From IMG/VR virus record IMGVR_UViG_3300033463_000052: a stretch of 37,520 nucleotides of DNA; one strand, written 5' to 3'. This stretch comes from an uncultured virus (IMG/VR IMGVR_UViG_3300033463_000052). Taxonomy: Duplodnaviria > Heunggongvirae > Uroviricota > Caudoviricetes. The number at the start of each line of letters is the position of its first letter. Position 1 is the stretch's first letter. The notes beneath the pieces were generated by a model. That model made no database searches and was not told where the DNA came from. It saw only the letters and a list, made by a program, of their open reading frames with translations. The translations under genes and the position numbers were made by a program. Shown one piece after another: positions 10,329 to 19,686 of this stretch.

Positions 10329-10490
10329 AAACAAAAAGCCCCCTGTGTATAGTAATATGCACTAAGAACAATCCTAAACCCAGTAATCCCTAAAGCTCTT
10401 TTACCACAACATAAGGATGAAATAAGCCTCAGTGTGATGGTGCGAAAGTATTAAAAACAAAAGAGATAAGATATGGCAAAAACCTAAGTC

Positions 10491-10519
10491 TTGGCATTTA
10501 TTTAATTTTATAATATAAT
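10491..10519 (+). promoter_or_regulatory. Intron-internal sigmaA-type promoter for endonuclease 2
   Basis: TTGGCA(10491-96), 17 nt, TATAAT(10514-19). Confidence 0.65.
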
Positions 10520-10744
10520 GCAAATGGGTGTTTGGGTGCGAAGTTCCGAATAGGAATGTGTCAAACGACTATCCCTTTGGTGATATAAAATCACAATAGG
10601 AGTAAGGCCGCTATGTCTAAGGCGGTGGGTGAAATTCCCTTAAATTGAAATGGATTGCCCCTTGTTTTATAGGGTGAAGAAATAGTCTGCTCTCATATGA
10701 AAATATGAGGAATAATTGAAGAAGTTTAATTCAAAGGAATTATT

Positions 10745-11665
10745 ATGAAAAAATTAACTATTGAAGAAATGCAAAGTAGAATTAATCAACATAACCCATA
10801 TAATTCCATTATATTGAACGATAATGTTCATCATACTAAAGTTTTATGTGGGAAATGTAATGAAGAATATCAAACAACTTTTCATACTTTATTGAAAAGT
10901 AAATTTACTGTTTGCTCAAATTGTGTTAGACAATTACAAAATACTAAGTTAGCAAATATAGAGGATATTAAACAAGAAATTATATCTTATGGTTTTACAC
11001 CGTTATTTAATGAATACAAAGGTTGTCATAGTTTATTTTGTGTACAAGATATAAATGGATATAAAGGCACATTAAGTTTAGTATCTATGAGACGTGGTGC
11101 TAATATTTCTTATTTTGCTAAATATAATATTTATGCTTTAGATAATTTACGAAAATATTGTATAGACAATGGAATAAATTGCTCTATCCCAAATCAAGAA
11201 TATAAAGGTTGGGATTCGTTAATAAAAATTATTTGTTCTTGCGGGAAGGAATATGAGACTACTGTAACTCATTTTGTGCATGATAATCAGCACCAATGTT
11301 TAGATTGTAGTGGAAGCAAATCTTCTAATGAAAAGATAATAGAAGAATGGTTTAATTTATATAATATCTCATTTATTCCACAATACAAATTTAAAGATTG
11401 TGTATACTATAAAGCATTGCCATTTGATTTTTATTTACCTCAATATAATTGTTGTATAGAAATTGATGGAGAGGGACATGAAAAACCTACAAGATTTAAT
11501 GGTATAGATAAAGATAAAGCACAATTATTATTTAAGCAAACAAAAATTAGAGACAATATTAAAACAAATTATTGTAAAAATCATAATATTAATTTAATAA
11601 GAATTAATTATCATGATATACAAAACAAAAATTATAAAAATATTTTATCTTCAATTATTCATTAA
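10745..11665 (+). CDS. Intron-encoded homing endonuclease (Cys/Zn domains + Vsr/DUF559-like nuclease)
   Basis: Several CxxC/CxC motifs; 'SSNEKII..W..LPFDFYLPQYNCCIEIDGEGH'; paralog of the intron 1 ORF. Confidence 0.85.
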   Translation: MKKLTIEEMQSRINQHNPYNSIILNDNVHHTKVLCGKCNEEYQTTFHTLLKSKFTVCSNCVRQLQNTKLANIEDIKQEIISYGFTPLFNEYKGCHSLFCVQDINGYKGTLSLVSMRRGANISYFAKYNIYALDNLRKYCIDNGINCSIPNQEYKGWDSLIKIICSCGKEYETTVTHFVHDNQHQCLDCSGSKSSNEKIIEEWFNLYNISFIPQYKFKDCVYYKALPFDFYLPQYNCCIEIDGEGHEKPTRFNGIDKDKAQLLFKQTKIRDNIKTNYCKNHNINLIRINYHDIQNKNYKNILSSIIH

Positions 11666-11694
11666 GGTGTGACGAACCTTAGTAAACATTATGG

Positions 11695-14600
11695 CTTAAT
11701 ACTATTGCGGCGAATATAGTTGCCAACCGTGAAGCTTTAAAAAATTTTGGTATAGAAGTTGAAACATCAAGTGGGCAATTGCGTTCTACTTATGATGTTT
11801 TATCAGATTTAAGTAAAATATGGGATAAATTAGATGATACTACCAAGGTTACACTTGGTACAATGTTAGCTGGTAAAAACCAATATAAAGTTTTAGCTTC
11901 AGTTATGTCTAACTTTGCAACAGCTACCAATGCTACTGCAACTGCTTTAGATTCCGCTGGTTCTGCCGCAAAAGAAAATGAAAGATATATGGAATCTATA
12001 GAAGCAAAGGTTACTGCTGTTTCAGCCGCTTTCCAACAAATGGCAACGGCTGTTGTAGATAGTGATGTTGCTAAAGGTGTTTTAGACATAGTTAAAGCAT
12101 TTGCAGAATTTGGTTCTACAGGCGTTGGTTCTGCAATTACACAGATACTTCTTTTAAGTGGTGTTTCTTGGGGTGGATTACAATTATTAGGTCAAAGTAT
12201 TCTTCCCGGAATAATTAATTCTTTTAAACTTCTTTCTGGCGTAAGTTTAAGTGCTTTAGCCGCAGAAACAGGTGTATCTACTTTAGCTATAGCTTTAAGT
12301 GCTTCATTACCTTATATATTGGCTGTGACAGCCGCTATTGTTGGGTTAGTTTCAGCCATTAAAGCGATTAAATCTGCTTATGATGAAGCAAATCCCTCTG
12401 TTGAATCTGCTTATAGTAAAATGGAAGAAGCAAATAATACTCTTCAAGAAGTAGAAGAAAAATATGAAGAAGCTAAAGATAAACTTGAAGAATTAAATAC
12501 GACACCTTATGAAGCAAGAACAGAAGATATACAAGAAGAAATAGAAAAATTACAAGAATTAGTAAGTTATTATGAGCAAATTGCAGAGCTTAGAAAACAA
12601 GATGCACAAGAAGCCGCCGCTAAATATAGTAGAGCGGTTGAAAAAGAGGGTTTAAAAACTGGAAAATATGAAATTTATGGTTCTAATGAAACCCCAGAAG
12701 CAACTGCAAGTAGTTTAGAAGCGGCAGTTTATTATGCATCGAAATTAGCGGCTGGAACTGGTCTTGAAGTTGATTTTTCTAATATGGAAAACGCTGTGAC
12801 CCAATTAGAAAAAGTAGGCGTATATATAAGAGAACAAGTTATAACTATTGAAGATTTTGGTAATCAAGTTTCTTCTCTTTCACAATATTTAAATACAGAA
12901 GATATTGCTGTTTTAAAAAATGCTACTAATCTTGAAATTTTAGGGAAAGAATATAAAAGATTAACTTCTTTAGGTGAAGAATATATTAATTCTCTTAAAT
13001 TACAAGATTTTAATAGTTTAACAGATTCTCAAAAAATATTGTTAACCCAATGGGATTCGATGGTTTTTTCTTATGAATCACTAATAGGAACATTTGCAGA
13101 ATCTAAAGGTGTAACAGTTGAACAGGCAGAAGCATGGTTAGAAGCCGCTGGTGCATTAGGCGAATATGCACAAAATCTTCTTTCCGCTAAAACAGCTTAT
13201 GAACAGTTTAAACAATCAATGGAACAATCTGGGGACTATGATGATAGTTTTAAAGGATTAGTTTCTGTATTTGGCGAATTAAATGGTGAATGGGAAAAAG
13301 GGCAGACTGGTTCAAGGGCGTTTTTAACTGCTTTAGAATTATTAACTGGTCAATCACTTGATTCATCTGAAGCTACAGATTATTTAAATGAACATTTAGA
13401 AATTCTTAATTTGTTATTTGGTGATGCCGAAAGTGGCGGCTCTGGTTTAATTAAAGCTATTCAAGAATTACAAGATGGAACTGATGATTTAGGGGCTTCA
13501 ATAGTTGAAAATGTAGATGGTAGTTTATCTCTTAGTATTACTGATTTTAAAGCATTAGCAGATAATTTAGGAATATCAGAGGGTGCATTATATTCATTAA
13601 CACAAGCACTTAAAGTAATGGGTGTTAATTTTAAATATAATACTTCTGATATGATAGATAGAATAAATGAGCTTGGTGAAGGAATAGTTGAATTTGGTGA
13701 TGGTACAGAGGGGACTACAGTTCATTTTGATAAATTTGTTGCACAAGCAAAAGCCGCTGGTAGGTCAACAGATGAAATTCTTCAAATAGCAGAGGTTTTA
13801 CAAGAAACTTCTGGAATTAATTTAATGGGGCTTGATGATGGATTAGCTTTATTAGGAACTAATTCAGACGATGGTGCTGAAGCCGCTGGAGATTTAGCTG
13901 GGAATTTAGAAAATGTTGCTGGTGCTTCTTCTGGTATTTCTGAAACTTCTTCTGCTGTAAGTGATTTAGCTGGGAATTTAGGAAATGCCGCAAGTTCATC
14001 TACTATTTTATATTCTAATCTTTCTGCTCTTTCTGGTTTAAAATTCCCATCTTTATTTGGTAATGCAAAAGGTACTGATTATGCCCAAGAGGGTGATTCT
14101 TTAGTTAATGAAGAAGGCCCGGAAATTATTCAAAGTGGTGATAAGGCTTATATTGCTGGTGGTGGTATGCCAACAATTACGCACTTACATCGTGGTGATA
14201 AAGTTTTTACAGCGGAAGAAACCAAAGATATATTAAATGGGCAAACTATAGATTCTATTCAAGCCCATGCTAATGGTTCTAAGATTTCAAAATCATCAGT
14301 TGGTATAGTTGGTGCTACCACTACAATTTCTAAAAATACATTAGACAAACTTTCACAGAAATCAGTAACTAAAGGTTCATTATCATCATCTGGTGGTTCT
14401 TCTGCGTCTTCAGCATCTTCTTCCGCTTCTACCGCTAAAGAAGAATTTGACGCATGGCTTAAAGCAAAGAAACACGCTTTAGCTATGGATGAAATTACAG
14501 AAAAAGAATATTATGAAGAATTGGAGAAAATGAATGAAAAATATTTCAAAGATTCTGAAGAATATCAAGATGAATATTGGAAATACCAAGAAGAAGTTTA

Positions 14601-15093
14601 TAAATGGAGAAAAAGTCAGTTAGAAGAAGAAAATAAACTTCTTGAAAAACAAATAGATTTAGAAAAGGCTTTAGGGGAATTAGCTAAAGCTAAAGAACAA
14701 AGAATCCTTGTTTATAAAGATGGAAAATTCCAATATGTTCAAGACTTAGATGCAATTAATGAGGCACAAAGGACTGTTTCTCAATTACAATCAGAACTTG
14801 GGTATGCGTCTGGTACAACAAGTGCTTCTTCTGGTATTCATTTAGTTGGTGAAAATGGGCCAGAATTAAGAGTTCTTAATGGTGGGGACGGAATTATTCC
14901 TGCTGATGCTACAAAAAATCTTTTAAGCTTGGCACAGATGAATACATCCAAATTAGCTGGTAATTTAGGTAAAGCTATGCAAGTTCTTTATTCCTTTAAT
15001 ATAGATAATTTATCTTTGCCAGATGTTAAAGATGCGGCTGGTTTCTTTGAGGGGTTAAAGAATTATGCTTATCAATATAGTTATGCACAATAA
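11695..15093 (+). CDS. Tape measure protein, exon 3
   Basis: Frame open from 11695 (LNTIAANIV...GQLRSTYDVLSDL..W..L; LAGKNQ). Hydrophobic segments, coiled coil and two 'A.GT...LV.E.GPE' motifs. Confidence 0.9.
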   Translation, partial: LNTIAANIVANREALKNFGIEVETSSGQLRSTYDVLSDLSKIWDKLDDTTKVTLGTMLAGKNQYKVLASVMSNFATATNATATALDSAGSAAKENERYMESIEAKVTAVSAAFQQMATAVVDSDVAKGVLDIVKAFAEFGSTGVGSAITQILLLSGVSWGGLQLLGQSILPGIINSFKLLSGVSLSALAAETGVSTLAIALSASLPYILAVTAAIVGLVSAIKAIKSAYDEANPSVESAYSKMEEANNTLQEVEEKYEEAKDKLEELNTTPYEARTEDIQEEIEKLQELVSYYEQIAELRKQDAQEAAAKYSRAVEKEGLKTGKYEIYGSNETPEATASSLEAAVYYASKLAAGTGLEVDFSNMENAVTQLEKVGVYIREQVITIEDFGNQVSSLSQYLNTEDIAVLKNATNLEILGKEYKRLTSLGEEYINSLKLQDFNSLTDSQKILLTQWDSMVFSYESLIGTFAESKGVTVEQAEAWLEAAGALGEYAQNLLSAKTAYEQFKQSMEQSGDYDDSFKGLVSVFGELNGEWEKGQTGSRAFLTALELLTGQSLDSSEATDYLNEHLEILNLLFGDAESGGSGLIKAIQELQDGTDDLGASIVENVDGSLSLSITDFKALADNLGISEGALYSLTQALKVMGVNFKYNTSDMIDRINELGEGIVEFGDGTEGTTVHFDKFVAQAKAAGRSTDEILQIAEVLQETSGINLMGLDDGLALLGTNSDDGAEAAGDLAGNLENVAGASSGISETSSAVSDLAGNLGNAASSSTILYSNLSALSGLKFPSLFGNAKGTDYAQEGDSLVNEEGPEIIQSGDKAYIAGGGMPTITHLHRGDKVFTAEETKDILNGQTIDSIQAHANGSKISKSSVGIVGATTTISKNTLDKLSQKSVTKGSLSSSGGSSASSASSSASTAKEEFDAWLKAKKHALAMDEITEKEYYEELEKMNEKYFKDSEEYQDEYWKYQEEVYKWRKSQLEEENKLLEKQIDLEKALGELAKAKEQRILVYKDGKFQYVQDLDAINEAQRTVSQLQSELGYASGTTSASSGIHLVGENGPELRVLNGGDGIIPADATKNLLSLAQMNTSKLAGNLGKAMQVLYSFNIDNLSLPDVKDAAGFFEGLKNYAYQYSYAQ

Positions 15094-15107
15094 TAGGGGA
15101 AAATAAT

Positions 15108-15344
15108 ATGAATATTTTTGATGAAATTATTGGTGCAATTAATGTTATAGTATCTAAAAGAATGGAAAATATATCTTCTTTTGGATTCTGTAGTGTAACC
15201 GAAGTAAATGATAAAAATTGTAAAGTAATGTATAATGGTAATGAATATATTTTGCCATTTTATGGGAATACGCCTGTGATAAATAATAAATATCCAATAT
15301 TTATACCAAATAGTAATTTATCACAGGCATTTATTATAGGTTAA
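15108..15344 (+). CDS. Small tail/baseplate-region protein
   Basis: 78-aa beta-rich ORF directly after TMP. Confidence 0.5.
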   Translation: MNIFDEIIGAINVIVSKRMENISSFGFCSVTEVNDKNCKVMYNGNEYILPFYGNTPVINNKYPIFIPNSNLSQAFIIG

Positions 15345-15355
15345 GGGGGCATTAT

Positions 15356-16456
15356 ATGGCATTAACAAGACCTATTTTATATTCTACTGTTGCCTTTGAT
15401 GCTTTCAAAGAACATACTTTTAGTTTTAATGTTATTGGTGGCGACCAAGTAGTAAGAAATAAATTAACTATAATAAGACAATCTGATGGTATAGAAATTT
15501 ATAGTGGTATTCAAGAAACATTTTCTTATGTTCATACTTTACCCGCTGGCTCTTTGGCTTTAGACCCAAATGAAAATCCAAATGGAAAAGCCTATAATGC
15601 TTATATACAAACAGAAAATAGTAATGGTGAAAGTTCTGCAAATTCAAATATTATTCAGTTTTATTGTTTTACTACACCATCTTTTGAATTTATTGATTTT
15701 CCAACTATTGTAGAAAATCAAAGTTTCGATTTTACAGTTTTCTATTCCCAATTAGAATCAGAAAGTTTAAATAGTTATAAATTTGATTTATATGATGTAC
15801 AGGGCAACATAGTTGCTACAAGTGGAACATTATATACGGCAAATCCATCTGGTACGGTAAATGTATCATATAGATTTGATGGATTTTCAAATAATACTAC
15901 TTATTATATAAAAGCGACAGGAATAACTACACAAGGTACACAAATTTCTACAAATTTATTATCTTTCTTTGTTCAATATGTTCCACCAACATCTTATTCT
16001 ATTGTAGAATTAAACAATAATTGTGATGGTGGTTATATAACTGTTAAATCAAATTTAGCTTCTATAGAGGGCGAATCTTATCCAGAAACGCCAACTTATG
16101 TTGATGATAATACTGCGATTGATTTAACTGGTAATGGTAATTATGTTTCATGGGATAATCATTTTTCTATTGATGGAGATTTTACTGCTTCTTTATGGGG
16201 GCATGATTTTAATAATAATACTACTATTATTACAATGAAAAATGAAACAGAAGGAAATATTTTAACAGTTAATTATATAGAAGAAGAAAATAATATGTAT
16301 TATGTAGAATTATTAGTAAAAGAAAATAATATTACTTATTATATTTATTCTGATTCCGTTTATGTTTTATCTGGCGATAATTTACAAGTTTGGATAAAAA
16401 GAATTGGGAATTTTTATAAAATAGAATTATTTAATTCTGTTGTAAGAATACCATAA
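15356..16456 (+). CDS. Baseplate/tail protein with fibronectin-like beta domains
   Basis: 'Y.FDGFSNNTTYYIKATG.T' FN3-like pattern; position after TMP. Confidence 0.55.
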   Translation: MALTRPILYSTVAFDAFKEHTFSFNVIGGDQVVRNKLTIIRQSDGIEIYSGIQETFSYVHTLPAGSLALDPNENPNGKAYNAYIQTENSNGESSANSNIIQFYCFTTPSFEFIDFPTIVENQSFDFTVFYSQLESESLNSYKFDLYDVQGNIVATSGTLYTANPSGTVNVSYRFDGFSNNTTYYIKATGITTQGTQISTNLLSFFVQYVPPTSYSIVELNNNCDGGYITVKSNLASIEGESYPETPTYVDDNTAIDLTGNGNYVSWDNHFSIDGDFTASLWGHDFNNNTTIITMKNETEGNILTVNYIEEENNMYYVELLVKENNITYYIYSDSVYVLSGDNLQVWIKRIGNFYKIELFNSVVRIP

Positions 16457-16512
16457 AATTAAATTCTGTAACACAAGGAATATTAAGGTTAAATATTTTA
16501 AGTTAAGAATTT

Positions 16513-16552
16513 ATTTAACGCCTGTATATTTTTTATACAGGCGTTAAATTTA
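16513..16552 (+). terminator. Perfect 16-bp hairpin (terminator or processing site)
   Basis: ATTTAACGCCTGTATA(16513-28)/TATACAGGCGTTAAAT(16534-49). Confidence 0.6.
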
Positions 16553-16568
16553 AAAAGGAGAATGAAAG

Positions 16569-17480
16569 ATGTTTTTTATATGTGGATATGATTTTTACAA
16601 AGATGAAAATACTTTAAATCCTTCTCCATTAAAAGTAGCAAAATATGATTTAGTGCAATTAGAAAATGGTATATTTTCACATTGGTATATAACATCAGAT
16701 GGGAATGTGCCATATAATCCAAATCCACCAACTGGTTGGGATTTTCTAACTATTATGGATGCAAATTTTAATGGTAATATAGAAGCTGGTAATGTTAGTT
16801 ATATTTCTGACCATATTGATGGAATAAAAATTAAAAGAAGAAATATAAATGATTTTAATTGGATAACATTAAAATATGTTCCATTTGAAGAATTATTTGA
16901 AAGTTTAGAATTTGTTTTTAATGATAATTTAGCACAAAATGGTATTGAATATGAATATGGATTTTTCCCAATAATTGATGGGGTAGAGGGTAATTATATA
17001 AGTAATACAGTATTATCACAATTTAAAGGTGTATTTATTTGTGACATGAATACAATTTATAAATTTGATAAAGGTGTAGAATATGGCGACCTTGAACAAG
17101 TACAAAAAATTGGGGTTTTTGAGCCATTTGGAAGAAAATATCCAGTTGTTGTTACTAATGGTTTAATTAACTATGCTAAAAGTTCTCTTAAAGGCAAAAT
17201 ATTAAATGATGATTTTAATGAAACTAAACAAATAAATAGAAAGAAAATAGTAGAAAAAAGAGAAAATATATTAAAATTCTTTAATAATAAAAAAGCAAAG
17301 ATATTAAAAGATTGGAATGGGAATTACTTTTTAATGATGATTGTTGATTCACCTAAAGTTTCGTTTTCTAATAATTATGGAATGGGCATTAATACAATTA
17401 GTGCTTCATGGGTAGAAATTGGTGATGCTGATAGTCAACAAGACTTATATCAAAGTGGTCTTGTCTCGGAGGCAGAATAA
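16569..17480 (+). CDS. Baseplate/distal-tail-like protein
   Basis: 303 aa; AAGGAG SD; 'GRKYPVVV..G..NY', 'KILKDWNG'; positional call. Confidence 0.5.
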   Translation: MFFICGYDFYKDENTLNPSPLKVAKYDLVQLENGIFSHWYITSDGNVPYNPNPPTGWDFLTIMDANFNGNIEAGNVSYISDHIDGIKIKRRNINDFNWITLKYVPFEELFESLEFVFNDNLAQNGIEYEYGFFPIIDGVEGNYISNTVLSQFKGVFICDMNTIYKFDKGVEYGDLEQVQKIGVFEPFGRKYPVVVTNGLINYAKSSLKGKILNDDFNETKQINRKKIVEKRENILKFFNNKKAKILKDWNGNYFLMMIVDSPKVSFSNNYGMGINTISASWVEIGDADSQQDLYQSGLVSEAE

Positions 17481-17482
17481 AG

Positions 17483-18925
17483 ATGAATGAATTAACTGCT
17501 TCACAATACAGAGTTGTTAATCAAAAAATTAGAAATAAATTTATAAAAATAAATTTACTTAATTTTAACTATTCTGTTGTTGATACATTAGAGGGCAATG
17601 CTATTGAGGGGTCAATAAATATAAATGCCAGTAGTGATATGAGAAGAACTTGCAATATTTCTTTAGTTCTTACTGATTCTACTTTTAATGTAGAAACTGG
17701 TGGTAAAATATGGTTAGATAAATATATTCAAATATTTGTAGGGATAGAAGATTTATTAACTTCAGAAATTTCTTGGACTAATATGGGGATATTTTTAATT
17801 AATAAACCTACATATAACTATGATTCTTCTACTAAAAGAATGTCATTTGAGGGTATTGATTTAATGGCTAAAATGACAGGAGTAAGAAATGGTTATATAA
17901 TGGGCATTAATAATGAGGGATTTACTTTAATTCCTGTTGGAAGTAATGTAAGAAATTCTATTATAGCAGTTTTACAAGAATGTGGATTTAATAATTATGT
18001 TGTTTCCGAGTGTTTAAATGTCGATGGGGTTATTCAGAATGTTCCATATGATATGAAATTTGAACAAGGTTCTACATGGTATAATGTATTAACTGCATTA
18101 AGGGATATATTGCCTAATTATCAAATATATTTTGATATAGATGGGGTATTTAGATATGAAAAAATACCTTATACAGTTGAAGACCCAGTAATGATTGATG
18201 AAGAAATTTGGAAAAACAATGTTATTTCAGAAAATACAGAGATTGATTTTGAAAGTGTAAAAAATGTTGTTGAAATATTTGGTAGAGTACATGACGTAGA
18301 AGCTTATAGTGGTTCAGATATTACAAGTGTAATAAGTAGATATGTAGGCGTAACTTGGACTGGTGTAGAAACAATTTCCGAATTTGATATGTTTGCATTT
18401 TCTGTCCCTATTGATATGGATTATGATGATGGAATTGTTATATCATTTACTGGAAGTCATAACTTAGTAAATTATAGTGGGCAACCTATTACTAAATTAG
18501 AAAAAGATAGATATTATGTTATTTCTTATCAATCGGATGGTACATTTTTATTTTTAGGTGGGAATCAAGCTTATGCTATTTGGAAAGACGAAAATCCTGT
18601 AAGTCCATTCTATATAGGGGGAGATATGGGGGAAATAAATATTCCTTTATATGGTGGTGAATATGATAATATTCTTTCTGATGATTTAGCTTTAGAAAGG
18701 GCTAAGTATGAAATATATAAAAGATGTAGATTAAATGATGCAATAACATTAACGACAGTCCCTATTTATTGGGCAGATGTTAATTGGAAAATTTCATATA
18801 CCCCATTTAATTCAGATGATGTTCCACAACAATATATGATACAATCCATATCAACACCTTTATCTGTTGGTGCAACACAAACAATTAAATTAATTAAATT
18901 TTATCCTTTTTATCCAATCGTTTAA
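17483..18925 (+). CDS. Baseplate hub/tail-associated (Tal-like) protein
   Basis: 'GSININASSDMRRTC' and 'YFDIDGVF.Y' hub-like motifs. Confidence 0.6.
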   Translation: MNELTASQYRVVNQKIRNKFIKINLLNFNYSVVDTLEGNAIEGSININASSDMRRTCNISLVLTDSTFNVETGGKIWLDKYIQIFVGIEDLLTSEISWTNMGIFLINKPTYNYDSSTKRMSFEGIDLMAKMTGVRNGYIMGINNEGFTLIPVGSNVRNSIIAVLQECGFNNYVVSECLNVDGVIQNVPYDMKFEQGSTWYNVLTALRDILPNYQIYFDIDGVFRYEKIPYTVEDPVMIDEEIWKNNVISENTEIDFESVKNVVEIFGRVHDVEAYSGSDITSVISRYVGVTWTGVETISEFDMFAFSVPIDMDYDDGIVISFTGSHNLVNYSGQPITKLEKDRYYVISYQSDGTFLFLGGNQAYAIWKDENPVSPFYIGGDMGEINIPLYGGEYDNILSDDLALERAKYEIYKRCRLNDAITLTTVPIYWADVNWKISYTPFNSDDVPQQYMIQSISTPLSVGATQTIKLIKFYPFYPIV

Positions 18926-18940
18926 TTTAGGGGGAATAAA

Positions 18941-19672
18941 ATGAGTAATACATATTCCGATTTAACTTTTACTTCATTCCCAGATGAAATACAAACATTT
19001 GTTACTATGTTAAATATGGTTGTTTCTGATGGTAATGCTGTAACTGGTTATCAAGAAGCTATGCGTAATGGAGATTATGCGTCAGCACAGCAATATTTTA
19101 ATCAAATTACTAATGGTTCACAAAAAATATTAGATGCAGAAAAAATAAATACTTTAATGCAAACTTGTGTTGCTATACAAAGATTTTATTCAACAGATAT
19201 AGAACCTTATTTAAATACAAAACAAACTGAATGGGAAGGAATTATAAATCGTTTTAGCTATTTAGGTGATTATTCCCTTACAGTAAATTATAAAAAGAAT
19301 AATTTTGTTACTTCAAATGTTAATGGTTATCCACAATTATTTTTATGTATAAATGATGCTCCTGCTGGAACAACTGTTACAAATACTAATTATTGGCAAC
19401 CTTTAACTTTAAGAGGGGAACAAGGGGCTTCTGGTGCTACCTTAACATTTAGATATACTTGGGATTCAACACAAACTTATTATGTGCAAGATGTTGTTGT
19501 TTATAATAATATTATTTGGGTAGCTAAAGCCCAAAGCACAAATCAAACACCAAATATTTCTTCTTCTTATTGGGATTTATTATATACTGTTTCACAAGAT
19601 ACTTACCCATTTTCATCTACCACACCTACTGTTACTACAGTTGGCGATTTATGGTTTGAAATTATACAATAA
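18941..19672 (+). CDS. Tail fibre/adhesin with two carbohydrate-binding-like repeats
   Basis: 'WDSTQTYYVQDVVVYNNIIWVA...P...SSYW' repeats; short GxQG linker. Confidence 0.6.
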   Translation: MSNTYSDLTFTSFPDEIQTFVTMLNMVVSDGNAVTGYQEAMRNGDYASAQQYFNQITNGSQKILDAEKINTLMQTCVAIQRFYSTDIEPYLNTKQTEWEGIINRFSYLGDYSLTVNYKKNNFVTSNVNGYPQLFLCINDAPAGTTVTNTNYWQPLTLRGEQGASGATLTFRYTWDSTQTYYVQDVVVYNNIIWVAKAQSTNQTPNISSSYWDLLYTVSQDTYPFSSTTPTVTTVGDLWFEIIQ

Positions 19673-19686
19673 GGTAAAATTATAAA

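Larger units (their letters stand above)
10329..11694 (+). mobile_element. Group I intron 2 (IA-like) in TMP gene; boundaries could equally be 10328-11693
   Basis: P2 GUGUAUA-GUAA-UAUGCAC; P3 CAAUCC/GGAUUG; P7 GACUAU(10567-72)/AUAGUC(10682-87); S-like GAAGAAAUAGUC; ends in G. Removal gives SQVARG-LNTIAANI in frame. Confidence 0.88.

Noticed and set aside
13891..13981. 19-nt direct repeat GATTTAGCTGGGAATTTAG, 72 nt apart
   Set aside because: Only two copies, in frame within TMP (DLAGNL repeat); not a CRISPR array or att site.
16453..16506. -1 frame extension IKLNSVTQGILRLNILS after the 15356 ORF
   Set aside because: The frame opens only just before the stop and has no slippery site; unsupported without homologs.
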